Both the position numbers and the translations under genes were made by a program. A stretch of 64,000 nucleotides of DNA. Origin: Octopus sinensis. Its lineage: Eukaryota. Positions 22,745 to 37,249 of the stretch are shown one piece after another. The notes under the pieces are model-generated. The model was not told the origin of the DNA and ran no database searches. It saw nothing but the letters and a program-made list of their open reading frames with translations. Within the stretch, counting starts at the first letter, position 1, and every line of letters begins with the position of its first letter. The stretch is from positions 126,976,001-127,040,000 of the forward strand of contig NC_042998.1 in NCBI RefSeq assembly GCF_006345805.1, in the 5' to 3' direction.

Positions 22745-25700
22745 GAATGCACCCCGCTTCCACAATGGGTGGAATTAATTAGGAACAGTCAGTCCCAACT
22801 TCCTCAGAATATCCTTCCATCTTTTCTCATATATACTTCACGACAGGTGTCTTCTCTCCAGCCGTATTTTGATCTTCACATCATACCTGAAGTAGAATAG
22901 CAAACCAGGGCCGGAGATGAAGTATCCTGTCACGATTCCTTGCATTCTGGTTCTCCATGCACACCCTTTCATTACTGCGACGGTACACAGAAAACATGCC
23001 TCACCTCCCTTTATAACCCTTCCTCTGATTACCCGGTTGGCGGGACAATCTTTATCACAAACTCAGCTGATAGGTGCACTCTTCCCAGGTGCGACAGTAC
23101 GTGTTCTACGTAAATTATCAAGCCCAAAGGCTCCGGGCACAGTATAAGAGCGTACAGGAAAGTCTCATTGTCCTGCTGGCACCTTGGGCATGTCGGTGGC
23201 ACTGATATTCTGTGCCTCGACAATTTATCGCGGACAGGTAACGCATCCCTGTAACACTGCCAGGTCAGGGATCTTTGGTAATTATCCAAATATCCCGGCC
23301 TGGAGGAGTTTTTGAAACAGGTTGGCTAGCTGGTTCTTATCGAACCCTAGAGCCTCTCCTTGGACGTCATCGCTCTTATAATCTACCATCCCTTTATAAA
23401 ATACAGAGGTGGTATTCCCGCTGCCGGCCTTGCCCGCCCTGTGGATTAGCGCGAGTGCCTTTCGGCATTCCCTTTGCCATTCAATCGTATTCTATCTTTG
23501 AATCAAATCAGGTGTAAATTTCTCCAAGGAGGCTGGTTGTAGAAAGAATTCCCCTGCAACCGAATTCCACACGTGGCCACCATCCAGGTAGAGCTAGAGG
23601 TGCCTTAGCCTCAGTGCATGCCTGCACATCAATAGTCACGGCATCTCCAACCTACCCTTTAGCGGTTCTTGTCAGCATACGGAGCGCCTCACAAGCAGTT
23701 TTCCCATCTAAAAAAGCAAAAGAGATGTCGCACCAACTTGCATAGCCACGAATCAGGGCAAATAACAACGGTCAGACGGTGCGTCGTAATAGACCTGCAC
23801 CACTTCCGCCCTACCTGAAAGGGACAGCGCTCTTCCAGACAAGGTCCGTACTAGGGCCTCCACCCTACCTGCTACCTTACTCCAATTCTTCTCCGTCTGG
23901 GAATCTGGTCCAAACCAAACTCCAAGCAACTTAATAGGACCATCCAACCAGTGCCCCATGACATTGGATGTTATCGGCTTGCCGCTCCAGGTGCCAAGCC
24001 ACAAACCGATGGACTTGTTCTTGCTAACTTTTGCCCGTGCCAACGTCTCGTATCCTTTAATTACATCCTCTACACAAGGCAGCTGAGCACCATTGGACAC
24101 GATGATGTTGACGTCATACGAATATGCAGAAACAGACTTACCACATCCGATTTCATTGGGGATGCCCCCAAAATCTCCAGCCTCTGCAGCAATGACTCAA
24201 GAGTCAGTACATACAGAAGTGGAGACAGGGGACACCGTTGACGAACCGAGCGCTTGATCTCAAACGGCTCCGACAGGTAACCGTTTATTTGGACTGTGGA
24301 TTTGACGCCGCCATAAATAGCCTTGATCCAACCGCGTAAGTCCGAACCTAGCCCAATCTCCTGAAGGACTGCAGCCAGGTACTGGTGGTCTACCCTATCG
24401 AAAGCTTTATTTTGGTCTAAATGGATCAATGTCCCACCTTTACCGGATACTCTATCCACTCTATCTAAGGTGTAGCGTAAGAGATGAAGAGTGCCCTGGA
24501 TTGACTTGCCTGGGATGGCGCATGATTACACCTTCCCTACAAGTTTCTCTACAACACGCGTTAACCTTTTTGCTAACACCTTGGCCAAAATCTTTAACTC
24601 TACATTAAGTAGAGCTATGTACCTAAAATTACTGATATGATCCCCTTGCTCGGGTCTTTTCTGATCAGCTGTAGCACTCCCCGACTCACAGAGCTGGGAA
24701 TTCTCCCATTCTGCTGGCAGTTCGTGTAGACGCGGGCCAGCAAGTGTCTCAACAAGTCCAGCATACTACGATAAAATTCATAGGGCAGACCATCCAGCCC
24801 CAGCGACTTGTCCTCGGCACATTCAACCAGCATCTCCTCGACCTCCGCAGCTGCAATCGCTCTTCACAACATTCCGCCTTCCGCGCCGAGAGTCACGACC
24901 CGCCGGCAAGGAAGTCCTTTAGGGACTCCCGACGGTCCAGCAATCTGCTCCCCTAAACAACCGGGCGAAATGCTGGTGAAAAGCCTTTTGCATCTCATCC
25001 TGCCCTTTGATCATACGCCCTAATCGTCAATCAAAGACTTTATAGAGGCTTCTCTGCCTCTCCGACTTTCTACACGACATGCCGATCCCGTAACGTTAAT
25101 ACCTTCTCTACCTACCGCATGTAACTTAGCCCTGAATCTACACCCTTCGTGTTTGGCTTTGAGATGATGGAATAACACCGCTCTCACCGCTATCACTCTG
25201 GATGAAGAGCCATATTCCATGCCCCCCTCTAATTCCTTAATTAGATTCTCTTCTATTCTAGTCTTCTCTAAACTTAGCTGGCTACTAGATCTAAGACATT
25301 CAGAACGAATGGTTCACTTGAGGGCGCACCACTATCTATTATTAATGATGGTGCCACATAAAGTGTCTTAACACCTTAACCCGGGTATGGAAGGTTTTAC
25401 AACTCAAAATAGACTTGTTCATCCTCCAGTACTCTGCTTCCTGTCTATGACACTTAACTAGGTGCATCTCACACGTCACAAATTTGTGATCTGTGTAAGT
25501 AAGGGACACAACAAAGCGTGGACAACTAACCGTATTCCTCTCTCTCTCTTTCTAACGAATAGCCTATCTAAATAAGATCTGTATGAACCGTCGTTATTAG
25601 TTCACTCCACTGTGGAACGAGCAGTTCATCCAGTCTAAATCGGTCTACTAGGTTATAGCTCCCTAGTAGCCTTTTAAGGCCAAGATTTCCCCTTCTATCA

Positions 25701-25862
25701 AGCGAGCCAACACTATCCACCCGTGTGTCGAGAATAGCGTTAAAGTCTCCTGCTAAAACTAAAGTTTTTGACATCAACAGAAAACTCTCCAGGTCTCGAA
25801 AAAAACCCCGCTTGTCTGCACTCACTAGGAGCGTAAACAGCTACCAACCTGAAGGACTGCTT
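22745..25862 (-). mobile_element. 5'-truncated Tx1/L1-clade LINE ORF2 pseudogene (APE endonuclease, RT, Zn finger)
   Basis: EN: VAVYAP...LVLAGDFNAILD...LVDRFR. RT: KSLGLDGLPYEFY, HLDQNKAFDRVDH, SVRQRCPLSPLLYVL. C-terminal ALPVRDKL...CPRCQQDNETFLYALILC. Multiple frameshifts. Confidence 0.92.
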
Positions 25863-25915
25863 ACTTGCGTGTGTATGTTTATATATATATATATATATAT
25901 ATGCATGTATACATG

Positions 25916-25956
<41 letters not shown>

Positions 25957-26219
25957 GTGACGGGCTTCTTTAAGCTTCCGTCTACCAAATCCGCTCACAA
26001 GGTTTGGTCGGCTGGAGGCTATAGTAGAAAACACTTGTGTCTTGCTATTCTGCTTTCCCTCAGTGGGTGCAAGGAGTCTCCAGGCATGTAACGACTGATG
26101 GAATTTGCGCATAAACGTATATGAATATATATATGCATAGGCTTACTGTCGCAGGGTGTGTTGATGGAGGGGAATGAGATAAAGTGAAAACGGGAATTAA
26201 AAGGAGAACAGAAAAATAG

Positions 26220-26640
26220 AGAGCTGTAGGAATGGTTCGTGATAAGAAGTATGCTTCACAACCGTACCGCTTGGGGTTCAGTCCCACTGCATGGCACCTT
26301 GGTCATATGTTTTCTATCATGGCTTGGGGCTGGCCAAAGCCTTGTGAGTGGATTTGGTAGACGGAAACTGCAAGAAACCCGTTGTGCGTCTATATGTATA
26401 TGTATATATATGTATGTATAAATGTGTGTGTGCATGTGTGTGTGGTGTTCCCCAACACAGCTTGGCAACCGGTGTTTGTGTGTTTAGGTACCGATAACAT
26501 AGCGGTTCGGCAAAATTGACAGATGAAATGAACTGTAATCTTTAAAAAGCACTAGTACTTAATACAGGTAGTGGGCTCCATCCGTCAAGGTGGTGCTCCA
26601 GCATGGCCGCAGTTTAATAAATGAAGCAAGTAAAAGATGA
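26220..26640 (+). mobile_element. SINE family A, degenerate full length, followed by (GAA)n at ~26710-26895
   Basis: GGGTTCAGTCCCACTGCATGGCACCTTGG...CCAAAGCCTTGTGAGTGGATTTGGTAGACGGAAACTG...GGTGCTCCAGCATGGCCGCAG. Confidence 0.8.
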
Positions 26641-27139
26641 ACGAAAAAGGAAAAAAACGCAAAAAGAAAACAGAATAAAAGATACAATAAAAACAGAAAT
26701 AAAAAGAGAGAAGAGAAGAAGAAGAAGAAGAAGAAGAAGAAGAAGAAGAAGAAGAAGAAAAAGAAAAAGAAGAAGAAGAAGAAGGAGATGAAGAAGAAGG
26801 AGATGAAGAAGAAGAAGAAGAAGAAGAAGAAGAAGAAGAAGAAGAAGAAGAAGAAGAAGAAGAAGAAGAAGAAGAAGAAGAAGAAGAAGAAGAAAAAGAA
26901 AGGAGGAATATGTAGAACGAAGTAGAATAGACAGGTGTTAGAATGGTAAAATACTTCAATGGAAAAATATTCAATGGTTAAAATGGCGGATAAGAGAGCA
27001 AATGAACTTAGATCCAAATGAGTTACGATGATCTTTTGTGAAGAAGAGAGAAACTTATTGGGTATGGCATATAAAAGTAGAAATAGATAAATGTCTATAA
27101 ATAAACAAAATGACTATGATAATTGAACCTTTGTAACAC

Positions 27140-27570
27140 CTGCCCATCTTACTTTATTCTCCTTCCAATTAAAACACACTCATCATCCCTACCAGAGCTT
27201 TTACTACTTCGTCTGTCTCTCGACGTCCCACCCACAAAATTGGTGAAGAATAATTCAACGGAGAGGAGTCGAAAATCTGCGAGGCAACTTCTCAACCTGG
27301 AATGGATGATGCGCTCAAGCTCGCCAAAAAAAATTTGTTTACATGCTTGCATATATTGAAAATTTTGGATTTAGAATTATGTAGTGTGATGGAAGTTTTG
27401 GATCTAAAACGAATGTGCAATCTTTCGCCTACGTATAAGCTGCATTTTTTAGATCCATTCATATGTGGCATTGAATTCTCCACGATTCTCCACTTCATTG
27501 TGTGTGGTGTACAGCTGGTATGTTTCTGTACTTGTACCTTAGTTTATCTACTTCAAGTTCGACTGGGTTG
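27140..27570 (-). mobile_element. PLE 3' fragment (GIY-YIG C-terminal part)
   Basis: KWRIVENSMPHMNGSKKCSLYVGERLHI...LHNSKSKIFNICKHVNKFFLASL matches PLE 'KWxIL..A..Y.NGSKRCNLCLxEK..I...LLNKRSE....CRHxNKFLL'. Confidence 0.7.
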
Positions 27571-27789
27571 ATTTTGATTGACAATTCAGCATTACCACAT
27601 AAAGATAAGAGTATAAGTCGTGTATACTTTTAATCTATGAGCTAATTAGCCAGAAACCTTTTTTTCTAATTAATTAGTTACATGATGTCTGCGAATGTAC
27701 CGTTAGTGGTCCCTATATTATAACAATAATTAAACTAATAGCAGGAATCTTAGTGCAGTAATAATACAACCAATTAATATGCATACATA

Positions 27790-28150
27790 CACCTGAAGAG
27801 CAAAGGTACATCAGAAGGCCAAAGGCGCACTAGAACTGGAATGCATTCACACTTGTGAAAACAAAGAATATTGGAAGAACATCCCGATAAAAAAACAGCA
27901 ACTCGATGCCAGTACAACAGACAAGACATTGTCCTGTTGAATAGAGAGCAAAAGATGTACTACAGTAGAGATTAGCTATCTAGCTGATGTGAATATTGCA
28001 TAAAAAACTGTAAGAAAAGAGAAAAATATATGGGAGAACTGATAAGAAACTTGCAACTCTTATATCCAAACTATAGTTTCTTGCTCGTACCAATTATCAT
28101 AAGCAATGGGTTACATAACAATGGGTCAACTTAAAAATGTAAAAAGACAG
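27790..28150 (+). mobile_element. Degenerate RLE non-LTR fragment (family next to (CATA)n)
   Basis: EYWKNIPIK.ATRCQYNRQDIVLLNREQKM..VEISYLADVNI...GELIRNLQLLYPNYSFLLVPIII, homologous to 46480-46870. Starts right after ATGCATACATAC. Confidence 0.7.
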
Positions 28151-28911
28151 GGCTCTGTAAAAATGAATAATCCAAACTAATCCGTGTTCTCCATATAAAA
28201 CTAATCAGTGACACGTTCAAAATTTGCATAACGTTCCAAAAATTCGCCATGTGGATTTCCGATGCTAAACACATGAACATAATTTAAAATACTCCTGAGA
28301 GCTTCCAAGGCCAGACATGTAAATTTCCGAGGCCTGACATATGCACATATTCACATATACGTACGAAATGCATGAACACAAACTTGCGTATGAGTTAGGC
28401 ACAAACACTTGTGTATTTAAGGTGTAAATGTGAAGCATAGACACTTGTGTACTAAAGTTAAAAGCATATCCACAGGGCAAATGCAACTCACTAATGAGCA
28501 CAAACAAAGATATATGCATACATCCCAACTGATTCAAATGACCACAAATTCCTAACACCTGTCTTAATTGAGGAGAGAAGAAAACAACTTTGCCAGTAGA
28601 TTAGTGACCTAGCGACACACCCAAATTCTCCAGAAAAACTTAAATAAACCCTAAGAAAACACGCATACATATGCATATACATTGGACATATATACATACA
28701 CACAAAAGTATGTATGAATTTATCTATGTATGTATGTATTTATATGTACGTATGAAAATATTTATATATTTCTATCGATATGTGTGTGTGTATAGGTATG
28801 TTTATATAAATGTATATATAAATAAATATGTATACACGTAGATGCATATACATATATAGATACATACATACATACAAATACATATACGTATACGTACACA
28901 TATACATAATA

Positions 28912-28947
<36 letters not shown>

Positions 28948-29675
28948 ATATATATATATCTGATTATAAAATGGAGTTTTGTCCAAATTATAGTCTGTAT
29001 GTCAAACAAATTTCTAAAACGGGCAAACGAATAATGAAATCACATAGTTTTCAATATCAAACAATAGAGTAGACACTTCTGTAATCACAGTATCAGTAAT
29101 TTCATAATTGATTTCATGTTTCGCTGACATTATAGATAGTATTTAATAGAATTTAAATAGTCACTATTCGCTTTTGAAATATTTCTCAATATATATGACA
29201 ATTTACATATAATAGAGAAAATAGTTGCAGAGTCGGTGAATAAAAAGGAAAATTAGCAACTCAACAAAACTGCAATGATTGAAACAGGACAGCAGGATAG
29301 GGTGCAGGTGGAGTACAAAGAGAAAAAAGCATGCAAGTAGCTTTGTAAAGAAAAATGCTGTACATGTATATGAATATGTATAGAGGTATACATGTACATT
29401 TGTGTATATGTGAGCGCGTGCATGCGATTTGTATCAAATGCATATATATATTTAAATAGACTATTCCTTCTCTTAATACATTTAAATTTCTCCGTGTGGT
29501 TGTATGTTTATGTATGGATATGTATGTGTGTATATGAATATACCTAGACACATTAATGTATATTTATAAATATGCTTTTTCAGCATGTAGATACATAGTA
29601 CTTATGTATGTATGTATGTATGTATGTATGTATGTATGTATGTATGTATGTATGTATGTATGTATGTATGTATGA

Positions 29676-29750
<75 letters not shown>

Positions 29751-29821
29751 GTTGAGGGTACAAACACACGTACCCTCAACGTTGTTCTCGGGAAGATTCA
29801 GTGTGGCGATGCTGGCCCTTT

Positions 29822-30052
29822 GAAGGCGAGCTGGCAGAAACGTTAGCACACCGGGCGAAATGCTTAGCGGTATTGCGTCTGTCGTTGCGTTCTGAGTTCA
29901 AATTCCGCCGAGGTCGACTTTGCCTTTCATCCTTTCGGGGTCGATAAATTAAGTACTAGTTACACACTGGGGTCGGTGTAATCGACTTAATCCGTTTGTC
30001 TGTCCTTGTTTGTCCCCTCTATGTTTAGCCCCTTGTGGGCAATAAAGAAACA
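29822..30052 (+). mobile_element. SINE family B
   Basis: AGGCGAGCTGGCAGAAACGTTAGCACACCGGGCGAAATGCTTAGCGG...CTTTGCCTTTCATCCTTTCGGGGTCGAT...AGCCCCTTGTGGGCAATAAAGAAA. Confidence 0.88.
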
Positions 30053-30224
30053 GATGCTGGCCCTATGAATTACACGTATAACTCATTTTTGCCAGCTGAG
30101 TGGACTAGAGCAATATGAAATGAAATGTTTTGCTTAAGGATACAACACACCGCTAGGAATCGAACACACGACCTTACGTTCATAAGCCGAATACTCTAAC
30201 CATTTTGTATATATATTATATGGC

Positions 30225-30314
30225 ACGTTGGGCAAATGTCTTCTGCTATAGCCACAGGCCGACCAAAGCTTTGTGAGTGAATTCGGTAGACGGAAACTGA
30301 AAGAATCCCGTCGT

Positions 30315-30375
<61 letters not shown>

Positions 30376-31050
30376 TCTTTTATTCTTTTATTCTTTTCAG
30401 TCATTTTACTGGGGCCATGCTGGGGCACTACATTTTAGTCAAAGAAAGCGACCCTTGGACTTATTCTTTGTAAGTCTGGTATTTATTCTATCGGTCACTT
30501 CTGCCGAACCGCGAAGTTACGGAGACGTAAACATACCAACATCGGTTGTCAAGCGATGGTGGGTGGCGAGAGTATTCACAGACTCAAGACAATAAATATA
30601 TACATATATATATATACGATGGGATCCTTTCAGTTTCTGTCTACCAAATCCACTCATTGGTATTTGGTCGGCCCGAGGCTACAGTAGATGACTCTTGTCC
30701 AAGCTGCCACACAGTGGGATTGAACCGGGAAGCATGTGGTTGGGAAGCAAGCTCCTTACCACATTGCCGCGTGTACGCCTACATATTATATATATATATA
30801 TAGGTGTGTGTGTGTATGTTTGTTTGTGTGTGTGTCTTTTTCTGTCTGTGTTTTGTCCTCCCACCGTCGCTTGACAACCGATGTTGGTGTGCTTACGTCC
30901 CCGTGACCTAGCCGTTCGGCAAAAGAGGCCCATAGAATAAGTATTAGGCTTACAAAGAATAAATCCTGGATCGATTTCTTCGACAAAAGACGCTTTAAGG
31001 CGATGCTCCAACATGGGCGCAGTCATATAACTGAAAATGGTAAAAGAATA

Positions 31051-31052
<2 letters not shown>
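30225..31052. mobile_element. Cluster of four SINE-A halves in alternating orientation separated by (TA)n
   Basis: 5' half + at 30225-30320, 3' half - at 30385-30560, 5' half - at 30615-30780, 3' half + at 30835-31052. Confidence 0.75.
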
Positions 31053-31093
<41 letters not shown>

Positions 31094-31134
31094 TTAATCC
31101 AAACATGAAAACACAACAACGCGAGGACGTGGAA

Positions 31135-31275
31135 CAAGTATAGTGTTACAGGAAAGGAAAAAGGAGGATTTAACGTTTCGAGCGGAGCTCTTCGTTAGAA
31201 ACATAGGAAAAGGAAAGATACAAGGAAGGTAAGACGGAGGAAAAATAATAGCCAACGATACACACGCGGTCACAT
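31135..31275 (-). mobile_element. Short PLE-derived element with degenerate minimal hammerhead
   Basis: Minus strand 31201-31169: TTT-CTAACGA-A-GAGC-TCC-GCTC-GAAAC-GTT-AAA. Confidence 0.5.
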
Positions 31276-31285
31276 TTTGAATGTT

Positions 31286-31375
<90 letters not shown>

Positions 31376-31780
31376 ATATATATATGCATGCATTTGTGTG
31401 TCTATCTTTGTCTCCACAACATCGCTTGGTAACCGATGCTGGTGTGGTTCGGTGGGAGGGACGACAGTATAAGTACTAGGATTACAAAGAATAACTCCTG
31501 GAGTTGGCCGCAGTCAAATGGCTGACACAAGCAAAAGAATACATACATACATGTAGATATGTGGATATAGGGATATATTATATTTAAATATAACAGTCAG
31601 AAAATAATAGAAGCGAGATGGAGAGAGGAAGAGAGGAAGGGAAGAAATGCTAGTATTACGTAGAATGTAAAGTAGGTAAGAAAGAGATATTGAAAATTAG
31701 TGACAAAGTCTTTCATAGATCGTTAGCTCCTACACGCATTTTTTTCTCTTCTTGTTTCTCTCCTTGTATTTTTCTGTGTA

Positions 31781-31818
31781 TCTTTCTGTCGAAGAGCGTA
31801 GGCTCGAAACGTAAAAGA
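31781..31818 (+). ncRNA. Minimal type I hammerhead-like motif (variant core CUGUCGA) within a ~220-bp element at 31690-31915
   Basis: TCTTT-CTGTCGA-A-GAGC-GTAG-GCTC-GAAAC-GTA-AAAGA. Stem I TCTTT/AAAGA, stem II GAGC/GCTC, palindromic ACGT stem III. Confidence 0.55.
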
Positions 31819-32172
31819 CTTTTTCTATTTCTATTCCTGAGCGCTATACTAATACATTTGTTTGTTTGTACTCCACCTGCCTACGTCTTTTGTTTATTTT
31901 CGTAAACTTCCCTTTATATATATATATATATAATATATATAATATATATATATATATATAAATATATATTATATTATATTATATTTTGCTTTCTACTTTT
32001 GTAAAGAGGGGAATTGATGAAATGACTATATACTAGAATACATAGAGAGTGAGAGATATGGGTAAATTGAAGAGAGAAACACAGGTAGAGAAATAGAGAG
32101 AGGCAGAGGACAAGCGAGCAACAAGTAAAATTTAAAAAGAATATACCTTTAATTAATATAAATACACTAACA

Positions 32173-32218
<46 letters not shown>

Positions 32219-32645
32219 TATGCACACACACAGAGATATGCACACATACACACACTCGCAGTCACAGAAGTTATTGATGGAAAGAAGAAATTTAGATAGG
32301 CCTAACGTTTTCTTTATAGAATTCAATTAAATCTCACCAATGTTTATAATACGATTCTGAAAAGGAGGGGAAGATGCATATTAATGGAAACAGAGAAAGA
32401 TGAAGTAATAATAATATCTTACTATCTGTTTTTAATAATGATGTGCTTCCTTTTTCTTTTACGATTCGACACTTTCTTTCTGCTCATTATTCTGTCTTCT
32501 CATTCTTTGTCCAAATTTTTATATATGAAGTAAATGAGATATGAATAACGACAATCATTTTTCCAGCAATGACAGATGATAAAGTATGTAAGAAATGTGG
32601 CAGGTTATATCCGTAGGGGATAGTAAAATAATAACATGAAATGAA

Positions 32646-32681
<36 letters not shown>

Positions 32682-32695
32682 CATACATACATACG

Positions 32696-32797
<102 letters not shown>

Positions 32798-32835
32798 GTA
32801 TATATATATATAATATATATATATATATGTGTATG

Positions 32836-32884
<49 letters not shown>

Positions 32885-33124
32885 ATATATAAATATATAT
32901 ATATACATATATCAACAAAATACATACGTATCTGTCTGTCTGCCTGTATATCTGCCGTCCTACCTACCTAACTACCTATTCATCCTTCTATCTACTTACC
33001 TATCATTTGTAAATGATATACGTGTTTCTGAGAATTCGCATAAGAGTTACACATATAAAGAAATTTCAGGCCCATATACATGCTCAATTTAATTTTTTGC
33101 AGATTCTACTGGCACACACACACA

Positions 33125-33163
<39 letters not shown>

Positions 33164-36100
33164 ACACACATATGTGCGTGTGTGTCTGTGTGTCTGTGTC
33201 TGTGTCTGTGTATATATGTGTGTGTGTTTTCTCAATCACATTTCATTTTATAGAATTTCCTTGCATTTGTTAATAAGTCGTTATAAGCTCAACATTATAT
33301 CAAGTTTGCATATTCGAAAAATTATTCTGCTTCCAAAGAAAATGATATTTTTCATATAATAGATAAGAATCCATAAAGATTTTGTAGAAGCTATTCTAGC
33401 TACTTTTAGGTTTACTTTAATCCCCAATTTTTTTTCCGTACCACTTTCATCATTCTTTTACCGGTGTTTAGTTCCATAATTTATACTGGGTGACTGTTTC
33501 TGTAAGAAGTTCACATGGCTACTACGTGGTCTCTGACTCTTTGGGTAATTTTTAGTGCCATAGATTAGGATCAAATGAATCCTTATGACTAAACTTTGTT
33601 ATAAGGAAACTGGCTTCGTTCACCTTTCCCGGAAGCCTCTCATGGGACCTGACCTGGACCTTTCATGCCTTTAGTTGAGTACAATGTCCTGCACGCGTTC
33701 GGCTGAGGTCTCCGATATACGGATAACATTCACCTCTTCCTTACTCGTCTCAGAGTCCCCAAAAGTGAGCAAAGATGCTACCCTTCTTTCCCTAAGTGAT
33801 AAAATTAAATTTCAATAAAAATATTGGATAAGAGAAAGTTTTCTCTTGGGTTAGATATTGGCTATTTATAAGTACCTTTTTTTCTTCGGGTTAAATCGAA
33901 CTAAGCATTGCCAGTTAACGAACTATTTCTCATTATCGCAGTATTGTTATTGTTTAGTCTCACCAGAGCCGTGACTCAGTATATCTAAGCTCTTAGACAC
34001 TTCAGCCTTGACCAATGTATATCATTTCATTTGAAGTTGGCAGAAAGTTATTCAAGAGAGGTTTGGCTGCTACTAGTAGCTGGTTGAGCAACTATACTGA
34101 GTACTCCGTTGTTGATTTAAAACGTTGCCGCTGCTATAGAGGGTAGTTTCGCAATACACGGTTTAAACATAGAGCTAGATAAATTGAGCAGTGGGGAGAT
34201 AAATATCTAATCAATATATACAAATGTAGCACTTACGACAGGATACGAAATCTCCGACCTTTTGACTGATTGCTCTGAAGGATAATGATTTGGTTTATTG
34301 TAGTTTCCGTTTCCCTCAACTAACATTTTATCATCGCAGGAGGCATCAATAAGTGTTAGTAAATGATCCGTAGATCGATGTCGCTGATTTCGGACGCCCA
34401 AGCGAGTAATACGGATATATGATATCTTTAGCTGAAACGCTATCATACTAGACAAAAAGGTTTAACAATTATTTACTTGGCCAAATTTAGATGTTACACC
34501 TTTTCATGTTAAGAATCAAAAATAGGAACTATATGGAATAGAACATTATAAAAGATTCCTTAGAATAACATTTCTTTCGTGTGGAAAGTGAGAATGAGAA
34601 GTTAAATCTACACGAAGAAACGATGTTGCATCTCTCGTTCAAAGCACAAAACCTATTCACTACTCACGAATATTATTAATATTTAAATACGCCTGATTCG
34701 ATAATGCTTTGTTTAATCTATTCGTCATTGACGTAAACTTTACAGTATTAACAAGGAAAGACAGCCTCTTATCAATATATGAATTTGGCTTTTAGAACTC
34801 ATTATAAAAGCCAATGAATTATTGATGTTCCTGTTACGAATATTTTCGAACTATTTACAAGTATTTTCATGTAAACACGAGCAAACACAGAATAAAGGAG
34901 CGCAGTCGACAATTTATTGAATAATGTATTGGATTTATGATTTTAGACCCAAGTCATTTCTTTTTTTTTTTGCTAAATTTGTTTTATTTTCTCAGCACAT
35001 ATTCTGCTTTCACTCAAACTATTGATCTGAGGAATATAACACACGCGTAAATATACACGTACTTAGAAAGCAACATAGGCATACACACGGGGTAGAACAG
35101 AATTTCTTTTAAACATATGTTGAAAATATTGACTGTTGTGAACTTGCTATTTTATAGTAAGGAATTTTTGTATCTCTTTCTTAGTCCTTATTTTTTATTT
35201 TAGAACAATAACGGACCCAGGCCCGCCATTTCTTCTAGAGCATCTCTTCTTATATTCTTGGGTTTAGTGTTGTGTGCTAGAAAACAAAAACCATTGGAAT
35301 GTTGTCTTCCTGAAAATATCGCATTCGTCAAATTTAAAATTTTGACCGTAGATTCCAAGTTGGCTTCAGGGTTTTAAAAAGTCAAAAAAAGTGTAGTAAT
35401 GTTTAATTTGTGTTTTATATAATGATTGATTCCACAACTAATCTATTTGTTACGGTTATGTTATCAGCTAATGATATTTTATGGAGTTTCTTTCATATTT
35501 CGTAGTTCATTGAGCTAAAAAAAGCTGATTGCTATAAATGCATGATCAATCACAACGAGTGTCGTATTTGTACGTTCAACGTATGAGGATGAGTCAGACT
35601 TAGAATTACAAATTTATGTTGGCTTTCAAATATATTTATCATTTTAGTCGATAGAAGTATAATGCTCGTCGAAGTTAAAACTCAGTTATTTTTGAAAAAT
35701 AGACACACTTTCAATTTGATACATATGTTTTGTGTTTTATATTATAGGAATTCTGAAGTTCTATAACTGGGTGCATTTCATTCATGTAGAATGATGCATA
35801 AACATAACAACTGTATTTGATATGCCTATTGTATATTCATGTTTAAATGAAGGCTTTAAATCGAATAATGATGCTATTATCAGTAACGTTGTCATTTACA
35901 TGGATTTATCCAAGTACTAACTCCACAATCACTTCATATGATAAAACCGAGATGGTTTAGAAACGCTCACGAAACAAGAAACATTAAATGCTAGTATCAA
36001 ATATTAGAATAATAAGGAAATACAAAAAAAATCCACATTAATAAAAATGCATTATATTACACACGCAAATTCACATACAACTAAATACACTCTCACACGT

Positions 36101-37249
36101 ACACACACATGCACACACACTCCCACATAGACACACACATGAACATATGCGCGTGTGAAAAAGTGCGTTTGTGCATATGTGTGCAACGTGACTGTATATA
36201 TACTACGTTCCGTGGAAATATTGTCAGACTGCACTCTACACCATCTTTTTCACCCGAACTCTCTCCCTTTGTCTCTTAACTCTCTCTTTCTCTCTCTTTA
36301 TATATAAATATACACATTTACTAACAGAAGAACCTTGATTCACAATATTTACAGTTTCAGTCAACAATAGAGCCCTGACATTTTGAACATGTTTACTTAA
36401 AATGGCTGTCTAGGTTTTAAAGGGCTTAATTAAACTGGATTTTGGATTGAAAATGAAGTTGGAATTGTGATCTTTAGGCGTGGATTCAATGGGCTGTAAT
36501 CAACCGTTTACACGGCATAGAAAATATAACAGCCTGCAAAACCATCCAGTTTGTTGTCGAAGATTTCTATTTTTCGACATAAAATTCGCTTCTCCTAAAA
36601 GCCCTAGACTTCGGAAAACAATGTACCGGAATTTGTGACCTCAATATCAAAATCACTATGAAGGCTATGGACTTGCTAGTTTCATAATGATTCCTACTTG
36701 ACAAAACAGGTATGTAAGCCACTACTAGACATATCAAGTAGAAGCTAGGACAGAGCTCAGGTCGCTGACCCTGACATGTGATTTATCCTCGGTACCCTAA
36801 TAAATGTACGCGCCCCAAATTTCAGCCATTGAAAGAGATAAGAGCTTGGAAAGCTCAAGCCGTACGAACGGTAATGCTATGGATAATTTCAGGAGAAAAT
36901 AACCTTTGCATATTTAGGTTTCGTTGTGTTAGTATCACCCCAGGAAAAATCGACATCCTTGACATTGAGTCAGACATATACTACCCCAAGAGAAACTCAA
37001 CGAGGAAACATTACATCCATAGAAACTTTTACCATCATAGCCGTAATTTAGAACCGAGTCACAACAGGAAAAGACTCTCCGACTTATAGACGGAGAGAGA
37101 AATATCTTTGACATTATCACGAGATGCTAGTTGTTTTACTGATGAGTTAGTGCATATAGAGTATTCTATTTGCATTAAAACTCACAGGGATTAGAAAGAG
37201 AGATTAGTTTAGTTTAATCCTGCATTCAATCCAGATGTTTCCATTAATT

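Noticed and set aside
27020-27070. Hammerhead-like CGATGATC...GAAAC
   Set aside because: The core is broken, stems I and III do not pair, and it is on the opposite strand to the adjacent PLE fragment.
28140-28250. ATG-initiated MANFWNVMQILNVSLISFIW (minus), signal-like
   Set aside because: No donor site, a short frame, and partial overlap with an RLE relic.
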